Positions 24,467-35,134 of a stretch of DNA of 64,000 nt are shown here, in pieces. The notes under the pieces are model-generated. The model was not told the DNA's origin, made no database searches, and saw nothing but the letters and a program-made list of their open reading frames with translations. A program made the translations under genes and the position numbers. The DNA comes from Psammoneis japonica (Eukaryota): NCBI GenBank assembly GCA_008632985.1, contig QPGO01000038.1, forward strand, positions 335,939 through 399,938. The letters are read 5' to 3'. The stretch's first letter is position 1. Each line of letters opens with the position of its first letter.

Positions 24467-27390
24467 ATGATCTGCGGCTTCCTTTGCGTGGCCACCACCC
24501 TTCCATTGCACATGAGCAGTGTTTCTGTCCATGGGCACATGAAGTCTCCTGGGTCTTGCAACTTTGTTGCTTTTGAGGATGGCAAGCACTCACCTCTTCT
24601 TGCTGAGGACCCCCAAATCAAGGCATGTCTGCACAAGAGCTCAAGCCTTGCATCATGTGAAAAATGTGCACCGGTTCTTGTGTTTTTCATTTGCACCATT
24701 TCTTGTGCACAGGATTGTCCCCATTGCCTCAACTTGGGAGGCACTCTTGCCAGGCACGGGTTGATGGTGGATCGCAACTGCGATGTGCCTCTCAATGCCT
24801 TGGGCTGTCCAATGCATGCCAACCCCCAGATTGTCCATCAGGGAGGACAAGAGATCACCACTGATGTTGTCCTTTTGCCGCCCACCACAAGGGCCACTTT
24901 GTCTGCAAGGCATGCCCTGTTCAGGAGGGTGAAGTTGCCCCTCCCAGGTGCAACATGCTTGAAGAACAAGTGTGAACAAAAGCAGAACAAGGTGCAAAAG
25001 TGGAAATTGTGAGATTCATTTCTGCTCAATCATTTTGGGTTTCTCCGAACGGGTTCTCAATGGCCTGAAGCTTTTGCACTGCTCCCACAGACAAAAAGCC
25101 TTTCAGAGAATGAGATCATGACAACAGATTGTCCGGACATGATTGACATTGACACATGACACATGTCAACATCATCGCATGACCACATTTGCAATTTTCG
25201 ACATCCGATCAATTCTGTGTGATTGATCTGTCCTTCGTGCGAACCCACGATTGACGTGCAATTGAAGTGCAAACTCATTAAAAAAAATGCACAGACATGC
25301 ACACATGTGACACACATGACAATGGCACAGGAGTGCTTTGATGAAAACAAGCTCAAGTTTGTCAAGGACAACCTGTGCGGTGCACCCAAGGATGACAGCC
25401 ACGTGGAACAAGCATGCATTGCTCCAAAGTCCCAATCAAATGCTGTTGTTGACAGCTCAGAGTTGGTGGTGTGAAGTTTTCTCACGATTTTCAAGTTGCC
25501 TTCTGATCTTGCTGGAGACTTGGTCTTGATCCAGTGGCATTGCTTGACTGCCAGCAGTTGTGTCTGCAAGGGGGCAGCATCTGTTCCATGACCTTCTTTG
25601 GCTGCCCCAAACATGGGTCCTTGCAAACCAATTCCAGAAGATGGGAACAGAGTCCCCAAACAGGTGAGCAAGCTGTGCACTGTTTTTGCATTTGAGGCTT
25701 TCAAACAAGCAGATCTGACTCAGATGCAGCCTTGCCCATTCAGTTCTGGAACCGTGCAGAAGTGATGACAGGACCATCTGGACCACCCACTTTGACTCCA
25801 CCTCCTGCCATTGCTCTCACCCTGACACCAACTCTTCCAATGCCACCGACCCCCACTTCACCTCCTGTTTCTGGCACTGTGGAAGACTTGCATCTCATTG
25901 CGTGCCTCAGCAACTGGCAATCTTGTCCCATGGCAGCACAGGCAGAAAAGTGCACACTCTTTGTGATTGCCTTTGCCATCAGTCATCAGTGGGATCCCAC
26001 CAAGAACCAGCGCAGTGCGACTTGTGAGATTTCCACTCCACTTTGCAACAATGCTCCAAATGCCATGCTTGTTCAAGAGCGGCAAGCTGCCAGCAAGAAA
26101 GTCATCCTTGGCTTTGGTGGTGCCAGAATGGGCGGAAGCTGGAATGGTGACAACAATGATTGTTGGGAGCACTGCTGTGGACATGAGACCCAAGTTGTGG
26201 ACCAGCAGCTGTGACTTCCATTGCAGACCAACTTGGACTTTATGGTGTTGACATTGACTGTGAGAGCACATTTGTGAAGACAATCAGAACAACTCGGGTT
26301 TCACCAAGGGAGCAGAAGCCCAAAAGTTCTTGACTGATGTCACTGCTGGACTGCACCGGAGTCCTCCAAATGGATCAATTGTGACCCGCGCTCCCATGGA
26401 ACCCGATCTTGTCCCTGGTTCAGTGCACTGTGACATTCTTGTCAACACAGCTTCCAGTCTTAACTTTTTGATGCCTCAGTGCTGCAACGGGTGCACCAGC
26501 CCTGCATTGGATGGAATTGATGGGACTGGTGCAGGCAATCAGTCTGCTCTCACTCATTGTGCCAATGTGGTTGACAATGTGTTTGAAGGCGATGCAATGA
26601 AGATGGTGTTTGGATTTTGCACCTCTGACTGCAGTGGCACCAGCTCCAATGCCAAAGCCAACCAAGCTGCTGCTGTCATCTGTCATGGTGGATCTTGTGA
26701 CACACTGCAACTGCAATGGTGGCACCTTCTTTTGGGTGAATGAGCACAGCACAAATGGTGATTAGTCGAATGCCATCAGTGCTGCCATGCAACCAAATGC
26801 AGGATGTTTGGGTGGGCCAATGCCACCCGGACCTGCACCAATGCCTCCTCCCACAGTTGGAGTTGCTCAGCCTCCTGCCACCGGTGGCACCGGATTGATG
26901 CCAACTCCCACTGCTGCAACAACCCCACCTCCTGTGGTTGGCACAACCCCCTCACTGACCCCAACCACCACTTCCCCATGTGCCATGTGTTGCAAAAGAA
27001 AGTGGAGAGACCAGAATTAAGTCAACAAATGCCTGCACCAAGTTCCATCACTGCAAGAATGGGTTGGTCGTTGGATTGCCCATTTCTTGCTCTAACGGTC
27101 TCTTGTTTGATGAGACAAATCAGTGCTGCAACCATGCCTGTTTGGTTGCTTGTGGTTCTGAAGAGTGCTCCTTGCCAAGCAGACCTCCTCCCACACCTGT
27201 TGCAAGGTGCGGAGTGAACTGGCAGGATGCGGAGACCAGCTGTGGTGCCGTTTGCTGCACCAACATTGATTGTCCATCTGGGCAGCAGTGTCATGCTGGA
27301 ATCAACTGTGGCCAAAGGAGGTTGCCATGCGGAAAAGCCTGCCAGTGTGCCAGATGCGGTGCAAGTGGAGAGTCAAGGGCTTGTTGACAA
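24467..27390 (+). pseudogene. LPMO - Pro/Thr linker - GH18 chitinase - CBM14 - Cys-rich (CBM18-like) pseudogene; paralog of 33469-34938
   Basis: LPMO motifs HGH.KSP.S.NFVAFEDGK, DCPHCLNLGGTLAR, HHKGHFVCKACP, VLIQWH, FWN.AEV; GH18 motifs KKVILGFGGA.MGGSW, GVDIDCE (DxDxE), LMPQCCNG; introns retained; frameshifts and stops. Confidence 0.9.
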
Positions 27391-27804
27391 AATGCACGAA
27401 GGGAGCTGTGCATCTTCATCAGGTGTCATGTTGATCTAAAATGCATTGTTTGAGACAAAACTCAGTGCAATCGCACTTTCGGCAAAAGCATGCAAAGAAC
27501 AAGAAGCACACAGCTGCTCTCATGGCATTGGAGAATGCCCATGCCACCACTGTGCCAGCACCCTTTCAGATTGCCTGGTGCTTGTCACTTCTTCAATGCA
27601 GCCAATGCTTCAACTTTGATCAACATCAAGATTGACTCTTGCGTTGCGTTGTTGCTTTGCCATTGTGATGTGATCTTTGCAATGTTGTTGCCAAGAGCAA
27701 AAAAAAAACAAGCCACAGGTTGACAATCCTTTGTGATGGCAAGCACTGCCACACACTGTTGCAGACCATCATGCATGCTGTCATGCATCTTTCATGCACG
27801 TGTG

Positions 27805-28060
27805 CATTTGCATGACAAAAATTTGTCTTGGTGGTTGCATGTGGTTGTTGCACATGGTTGCACATGGTTGTCTTGTGCACTGTCACGCACTGTTGTGGAC
27901 TGTCACGCACTGTCACGCATCTCTCAAACACATGTCATCCACACGCCAAAAATTTGTCTTGGTGGTTGCACGTGGTGTCACACATGGTTGCACATGGTTG
28001 TTTGCACGATTTTGAAATTTTGCATGCCATGCAAGGATGGGCAGAATTTGTCACGCACCA
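27805..28060 (+). repeat. Nested short repeats
   Basis: caaaaatttgtcttggtggttgca twice, cacatggttg four times, tgtcacgca four times. Confidence 0.7.
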
Positions 28061-28379
28061 CGATGCTCTTTTGGTTTGTTGCCCACTGTCTTTTTGTTGG
28101 CAAGAATGCGTTTAGCCACTGGCACATGCTGCAAACATCTTGTTCAAAAAATTCATCCTGGAAGCTGTCCGGGGTTGTGCGTGTCAACCTGTTGGCTTTG
28201 AAAGCACACTTGCAATGCCACGCCCCAACAGTTGCATGGGTGAGAAGGATCTTGTGAAGAGATCAGCAGCAGAAATGTTGAGGAAAGCAAAGACAAAAAG
28301 CCATTGTTTCATCATGGTTTTGTTGCATGTTCTAGCTTTGTCTGCCATTTTTCCAGAAAGAAATGCATCCACTGGAGAT

Positions 28380-29830
28380 GGTGTTCATGGGATGTCCAAG
28401 CAATGGCAGTTCCAATTGGTTGGAAACATCAGCACAACATGTGAGATTTCATCCCAAAAAACGATGTCCTAAAAACGCTGGCATTGAAGCTGTTGAAGGC
28501 TTTGAACGCGCCAAATGCAGCCAATTTGTCAGCTGAACATGGTCAAACAGTGTTGCAGACTTGAAAAACATCATCACGGTTGGAGGCTGGCCCAACAAGC
28601 CCAACATTCCGGGTGTCAAACAGGCTGTCAGACGCGTTCCAGCCCTAGGTGGGACTCCGTGTGACATTTGGCCCGTAGAATTCTACGTGCGAGCTCCATA
28701 GTACGAGAATTTAATTAATGGATATATTTATCTTCAACATCAAAAATAAACGGCCAAGTTTGTGGTACAATTATGCCTCTTACCACTCGACGTTTTTGCA
28801 AATGCACCTGCCCTACGCGATTCTTAAGACATTATAGAATCGCGCTGTAACAAAAAATGTCAAAAGTTTTTGGACGGATCGCTCAATAAGTGTACCGTAA
28901 AATGACACAAAATATCAAAAAATCACGTAGAATTCTACGTGCGCGACATACGACGAGATTCAAAAAACTATCGATGTCACAGTTCAGTAGTACGAGGTCC
29001 CACCTAGACCTGGAACGCGTCGTCACTTCAAATGAATTCTCTGACCTGAAGGAGTGGCCAAAGCACATCGTCACTGTGGGAGGTGGTCTCATTGCTCTCA
29101 AGTTCAAACAGACAATGAACGGCCTTGTCAGTGACATGACCCTCATGCATCGTGGAAACTTGTTCTTGCAAAGCTTTGATCAGCACATGTGAGAGCTGCT
29201 GTGAGATGAAATGCAGACAAATTCTAGCATTGATCTGCTGTCCAACACAAGTCCCGCTGAACAGCACTCATGTTGAATGCCATTGTGTGCTGATGGCAAC
29301 AGATTGCAACAGGAAGATTGAAAACTCAATCTAGATTCATCCGGAGTTGAAACATGCAGCAGCTTTGTTGCTGTCCATGAGTGCACAAAAACAAATGTCA
29401 GTGGTGTCTAAACTCTTGGTGACGCAACGGACCCATTGTGCTCTTGCCTGTCACCTCAGTGGAGGGTCACCAACTTTCTGATGCACTTTTTGGAGATCAA
29501 CATTGACCTGTTGTTGCATGTGCCAAGGATGCAGCAGAGAACTTCAAAGACATGACATTTTGCAAGACTAAATTTTGACCAATGATGCACTCTGAACTCC
29601 TGTGTCCAGAGTCAGAAACGCATGCCATGTCAAAAATCATCTTTCAGACAGCAACTGACAAGGTGGTTGGAGCTCATTTGGCAACAGATTCAGCCCTGCA
29701 GAAGCAATGCCAGGTGTTGCAGCAGCTGTCAAGATGGGAGCCACCAAGGCAGACTTGGACAACACGATTGGAATCCATCCGACATCAGTCAAAAAAGCAG
29801 CAATGATGCAAACGCTCATTCCAAGGTTGG
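28380..29830 (+). pseudogene. Glutathione reductase-like pseudogene interrupted by a MITE
   Basis: VGGWPNKPNIPG...AV|TSNEF.DLKEWPKHIVTVGGGLIA (frame restored when the MITE and one TSD are removed); DKVVGAHL; AVKMGATKADLDNTIGIHPTS. Confidence 0.88.
28631..29021. mobile_element. MITE family 1, young copy retaining TA and CG
   Basis: Left TIR gacgcgttccagccctaggtgggac vs right TIR reverse complement gacgcgttccaggtctaggtgggac; 4-bp TSD GTCA (28627-28630, 29022-29025); two internal CGTAGAATTCTACG palindromes. Confidence 0.92.
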
Positions 29831-30490
29831 GAAAAGGGTGGAAGAGTGGCCCCATCCTCAACTCCAGGTGTGCAACAACATCATCCCACAGCCTTTGGGT
29901 CAAAACAACCATTGAATGGTCAGCACCTCAAAGCACCTTTGGGCATGTGAATTGCATGTTGCATCATTGCAGGGTGTGATGAATCCACACATGACATGCA
30001 GGTGATCAGCGCAACACAATCCAGCACATGGCAGGTGTCAATGACACAAGCCTTGGGGCATGCGGCAACGAATGGCCCAGTGTGCACCCAAGGAAATGAA
30101 GAATGCTGAAGAGATGACATCTGGAAGAAAAAGACCAATGTGGTGCATGAAGTGAGACAACGGCATCAAACAATGTGCAACGACATTGCAAGCACAACAA
30201 CCATCATCGCAGTCCATTTGACATGCACACGGAACAAATTGCACGCAAATGAAGATCGCCATGCCACACTTTTAGAGTCTTTCTGCATCTGCAACACAAC
30301 AAGGAATGCTCAGGGCAATGTCTCCAGCCAATGTCAATGTCCATGTCACAAGACTCCAAAGTGCGCACACATTGGGAGGCACTGCTGTTCAACCTGCGTC
30401 ATTCTCCTCCAAGAGCACCCACTTTCTTTTGACAGCTTCACAAATGCTTTCAGTCAATCAAATGGGGGACTGCTGTAGAACCTGGCATGA

Positions 30491-30948
30491 TTTTACGTAC
30501 ATGCTTCACTGTGCCATAAAATTGATGGCACGACAAAAGCACAGTGGAAAGCCACAACTGCTTCTGACTGCATTTGACAATTGGAAGAATGCTCTGCATG
30601 ATGACAGTTGTCCTTTGACATGACTGACAACAAGTTGCGCTAGTTTGATGTCGGAACAGAAGTTGTGCGTCGATTGCAGCTCTACAAAGTGTCGCCAGAT
30701 AATTGCCTGCGATTTGCGTGGCAATTTGGCGAGCAATTTCCCGTGCTTCACCGTGGTGAACTTGGGAATTGTCCAAAACAGTCCTTCAAACAAAATTTGG
30801 AATGAAGAGAAAACATGCATCTAGGACAAGCTGGACAATGTCACTTTACTTCCAATTGTCATTTGGACGTTCTCCGCCACTTGCCTTTGTCATCGTGCTT
30901 TCACCACGTGATTTTGATTTGCAACACGGTGAAGCATGGACCGTAGAA
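30491..30948. mobile_element. Foldback/MITE-like element with long imperfect TIRs
   Basis: Left tt.tacg..catgcttcac.gtg...aaagcac...tgacaattggaag...ttgtcct is mirrored at the right end; intermediate TA retention; no TSD identified. Confidence 0.55.
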
Positions 30949-31722
30949 TTCTGCACTGCTTGAGTGCCGCAGTCCCCCACTTGCCCGATTTTGAAAAACT
31001 GAAAGCGTTCATGCCAGTGGGTTGCACAAAAGGGAAACTGGCAGGAGAGAATCCAACCATTCTCACCATCTTTATGACATTCTTGACTCACTTTCTTTCA
31101 TCCTGTTTTGCTTTCCATCCAGTGTGTGTGGTGAATCACAAGGGCCCTGAAAACAAAAACAAGTCACCGTTGATTTCCAGTTTCTCCTCCATCTCTGTCT
31201 TCAGTCAGTCACTCCAGAATTTTGGATCAGGTGAACAGTTGGGACGTTGCATCTTTGAATCTAGGCAGTGAAAGGCCCAAAACTGACTGTGGCTGTCAAC
31301 GGTGAGTCGCCAACGTGGCTGTTGCACAACAATGGTCTCAAAAGCTTTCACCCAAGCTTTTTGCATTCATGAGAGTCCTCAGACACTGCGCGCAGCAGAG
31401 GCCTCCATTTTTAATTGACAAAGGCTTGAAAGTCCTCGTTGCAGTGCGGTCCTCTTGTCAAACCCCCAATGAAAGCAGTGTTTGCACCAACATGTTCCGG
31501 TTGGCTTTCCCGGGATTCCTTTGATTGCATTGTTCCACAGCACCTTGGCTGGTCCTTGTCTGGACCTTGAAAGAATTCCATTTGTCAGGTGCGCAAACAA
31601 TGTGGCAAGGCGTGCCTCTTTCTTTTGTCTCTTGAGATGTGTGCTTGTCCTGCACTCACTCTCCCTCTCTTCTTTCCCTGCACATGTCTCCCTCTCACCC
31701 ACACAGTCAATCTTAAAGCAAC

Positions 31723-32112
31723 ATGTTAATGTCCAGCATGGCATCCGGTGTTGGGCATGTTGTGGAGCTCAAGCACCTTGACTTGTCAAACAGCTGCCTC
31801 GACCCAGCTTTTTCTGGTGACATTTTTCATTTGCCCTTTTTGGAGACGCTTTCACTGGGTGAAAACCACTTCACTGGTGGAACCGTCCCAGACAATTTTG
31901 ATGTGTTGCAAGAAGTGAAAGAGGTCCAGAAGAGCAACAACCAATTCATTTTGTTGCTTCCATGCATGGTGACACTCAGGTCATTAGAAAGCTTGCATTT
32001 GGAGGGAAATCCATTTGAGCCCACTGTTCCACACGTCTGTGGCGTCCCTCCAACAGATGAACCCAGCCAAAAACCAACAAACAGAGGCGCTGAAGCTTGT
32101 GAAGCCTTTTAG
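31723..32112 (+). pseudogene. Leucine-rich-repeat protein fragment
   Basis: LKHLDLSNS, LETLSLGENHFTG, LRSLESLHLEGNPF. Confidence 0.75.
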
Positions 32113-33468
32113 ATGCAATCTACAATCCAATCATGCAGATCCTGAATGGGATTGGGTGTGGCTTGAAGTGCACCTGAACTCATGCAGGGCCACCATTGAT
32201 GGTGCTGAAGTTGAGAAAGAGCAAGCAATTCTTGACAACAAAAAGCTGCATCGTTGGGCCACTGGGTGGCTGCCACGCTGTCTTGAGAGTGTCTCATCAG
32301 GTGACCAGCTGTTCTCCCATTGATGCCTGCAGAAACCCGCCCCTCAACACAGTCATGAACTGCACTCACAGAAATGTTTTACAAGGAACTCAGCTTGCTC
32401 AGACAAATGAGTGTGCTTCTTTGTGGCCAGCTGCAACGTGGCTGTTGCCGGCACTCTGTTGCAGCACAAATGAGTCAAAGTCCAGTGTGTTGGCTCAACC
32501 TTTTCATGTTGACAAATTGTGAGAGACCCTGTTGGGGCTGTGTTTAAAAAACAAGGGTTAAATTCCATGTGCCGTCATTTTGTTGCCATGGTGTTGGGCA
32601 AGAGCCGTCGACTCTCTGTGGGGCTTGGGAGCTTCTTCATGCTTCTCATTGGCAAAATGACTCCCTCAGAGCGTGCAGAAAGCATTTGAGTTTTTTTGAT
32701 GCTGATGTTCAAGACAGTTTCACTTGAATGTTGCTGACATGCAAGTTGACAAAATTGTTGCTTTGCGTGTCAGCCACCTGGCGTTGGAGCACGCCTCGCT
32801 TGCTCTGCTGGCCCTGCTCTTGATGTCATGAACTCTTCTCTCTCATGTTGTGTGACAAATGGGTGAGATTGCCAATGCAGAAATGATTTGCATCAACTGG
32901 CAAGCTGAGCACACTGGTGAGTTGGGCAGAGAGCAGGTCCAAGCATCGCTGCAGCTCAAGCTCATTTTTCAAGAACTTGGCTGCTCCTGAGCTGCTGCTT
33001 GCTCTTCTTTTGTTCTCAACATGATTTCTCTTGTGGCACACAATGGCACACTTATTGGATTTAACATGGCTGAGGCTGGAATGCTTTGAGTTGCTTGGCT
33101 GTCCACACACGAGCGAGGAGAGTGACGATCTGGGTGGAGCTTGTCTGCTGAGGTCATCGTGTCAGATGAAAAAGACATTTTGAAGGGGATCATACTTGTA
33201 CCGAAGACAGTCATTGGACAACATTTGATAATTTCGCAACAATAAAGTGAGACCAATACAATGACCCACAGCTTGCCCACAGCAACGTTTTCGTTGTTTG
33301 CGCCATCGCAATACCGGTACCGGTAATGTGAAAAAATCGTTACACCTCAAGACTGAAGACACAGCAGACCCACAGGAGGCACGGAGTTGACTAGAAGAGG
33401 GTTCAATCAAGGACTGCTCCCCCAACAGCTTTAATATTATATTGCAAGCCACAAGAGTGCAACAAACA

Positions 33469-34938
33469 ATGATGAACAGATTGATTTATTCGTCGATTGG
33501 GCTGTTTCTCACATTGAGCAACGTGGCAGGTCATGGCTACCTACTTTCCCCAAGGTCTCGTAACTTTGTTGCCTTTGAAGACGGAAAATACTGGCCGCTG
33601 TTGGCTGAGGATCCCAAAAAGGAGGTAAGCATAGCTTAATCGGAGTTGACACGCTGTGTGATTGAGAAGAGACGATTGACACCTATCACGTTCACCTGTT
33701 CCAATAGGATTGCCCGCATTGCCTAAACTTGGGAGGCACGCTTGCCAGGTGTGGCTTGACTGCCGACCGAAACTATGACGATCCCAAGGATGCCTTGGGT
33801 GGTTCACTCGCTCCCAATCCCCAAGCAGTCTACCAAGAAGGAGCGGAAATTACATTTGACGTTATTCTTACAGCACATCACAAGGGTCATTTTGTCTACA
33901 AGGCCTGTCCGATTCAGGAAGGAGAAGTGGCTACTCAGGCTTGCTTTGACGCTAATCCCCTCGAATTCGTAGAAGACAATCTCTATGGTGCCCCGAAAGA
34001 TGCCAACTACACGGATCGGGCGTACATTGCGCCAAGTTCACATCCGAATGCCGTTTTCGAAACGGCGGGAGTTTACGGACAGAGGTTTTCTCACACATTC
34101 AAGCTCCCTGTCGGTTTAAGTGGTAATCTGGTTCTTATCCAGTGGCACTATATGACTGCCAATAGCTGTAAATATGCTGGATACGACTCGTATCCTTTCC
34201 CTGATTCTTCGTGGGCGGCCCTCAATCTTGGATCATGTGAACCTGTCCCGGCCGATGGAAATGGGGTTCCAGAACAGGTGAGTCTAGTTTGCCTTTCGTA
34301 TAGTTTAACAAGAACTCTGCGCAATATCTCATTCCGATATCCTTGTTTAAATGAAAACTGAACAGTTCTGGAATTGTGCTGAGGTTACAATTCAATCTGC
34401 TGGACCGCCCGGGCCCAGTCCTTCCCCATCGCAAGCCCCTCCAACAACGCCGGCTCCCACGGTAGCCCCGACGCCTGCACCTACCCCACCGCCAACAACC
34501 TTCACTACTACTCCGTCTCCTTCCCTGTCTCCAACGCCGCCGACTTCTCCAACTCAGCCTACGGGGTCTCCTAGCATGTGTTGCGCAAGTGGTCAAACTT
34601 CTCTCAAGCCTTTTGATTCCTGCTCCAAGTTTTATCATTGCGTCAATGGAGTTGTGACTGGATCGCCTATTCCTTGTCCCGGAGGCACACTCTTTGACGA
34701 ATCGGCTCAGCTCTGCGACTATGCAGGCTCGGTTACTTGTGAACCTGAAGATTGTTCTTCCAGTGGCCCATCAACCACCCCGACGACGGCTGCTCGTTGT
34801 GGTGCCTCTTGGACTGATGCCCAGGCGATCTGCAGCTCTCCCTGTCAAACTAACACTAACTGTCCAACAGGCCAGTATTGTTGGGCAGGCATTACGTGCA
34901 GCCAGCGTCGATCCTTGAGGGGTGAAGCATACCCTTGA
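33469..34938 (+). CDS. Secreted LPMO (AA15/AA10-like) with Pro/Thr linker, CBM14 and a C-terminal Cys-rich module (exons 33469-33624, 33708-34277, 34366-34938; 432 aa)
   Basis: Signal peptide ending VAG|H gives His1; AHHKGHF; VLIQWHYMTANSC; EQFWNCAEV; peritrophin-like CSKFYHCVNG...CPGGTLFDE...CD; two phase-0 GT-AG introns. Confidence 0.9.
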
Positions 34939-35134
34939 ACAAGATTTAGTTCAAAATGGGACAACAAGAGAGGGCAATAGACTACGGTCGGTGTAGAATA
35001 GTCCCCACGCAAAAAAAGCTAGAGAGAATGATTTGAAGCCCTACAGTGCCCTAAATGACTTACTAATCGCTCAACAACAAGTCAGCGTATACGCCACGCC
35101 ACATGTTGAACTACCCCGCTAAATCATTTCCTGC

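Larger units (their letters stand above)
21860..33150. other. TpA-depleted hypermutated block C, containing younger TA-retaining inserts
   Basis: TA nearly absent except in 28631-29021 and partly in 30470-30950; contains several pseudogenes with Y->C/H changes. Confidence 0.92.
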
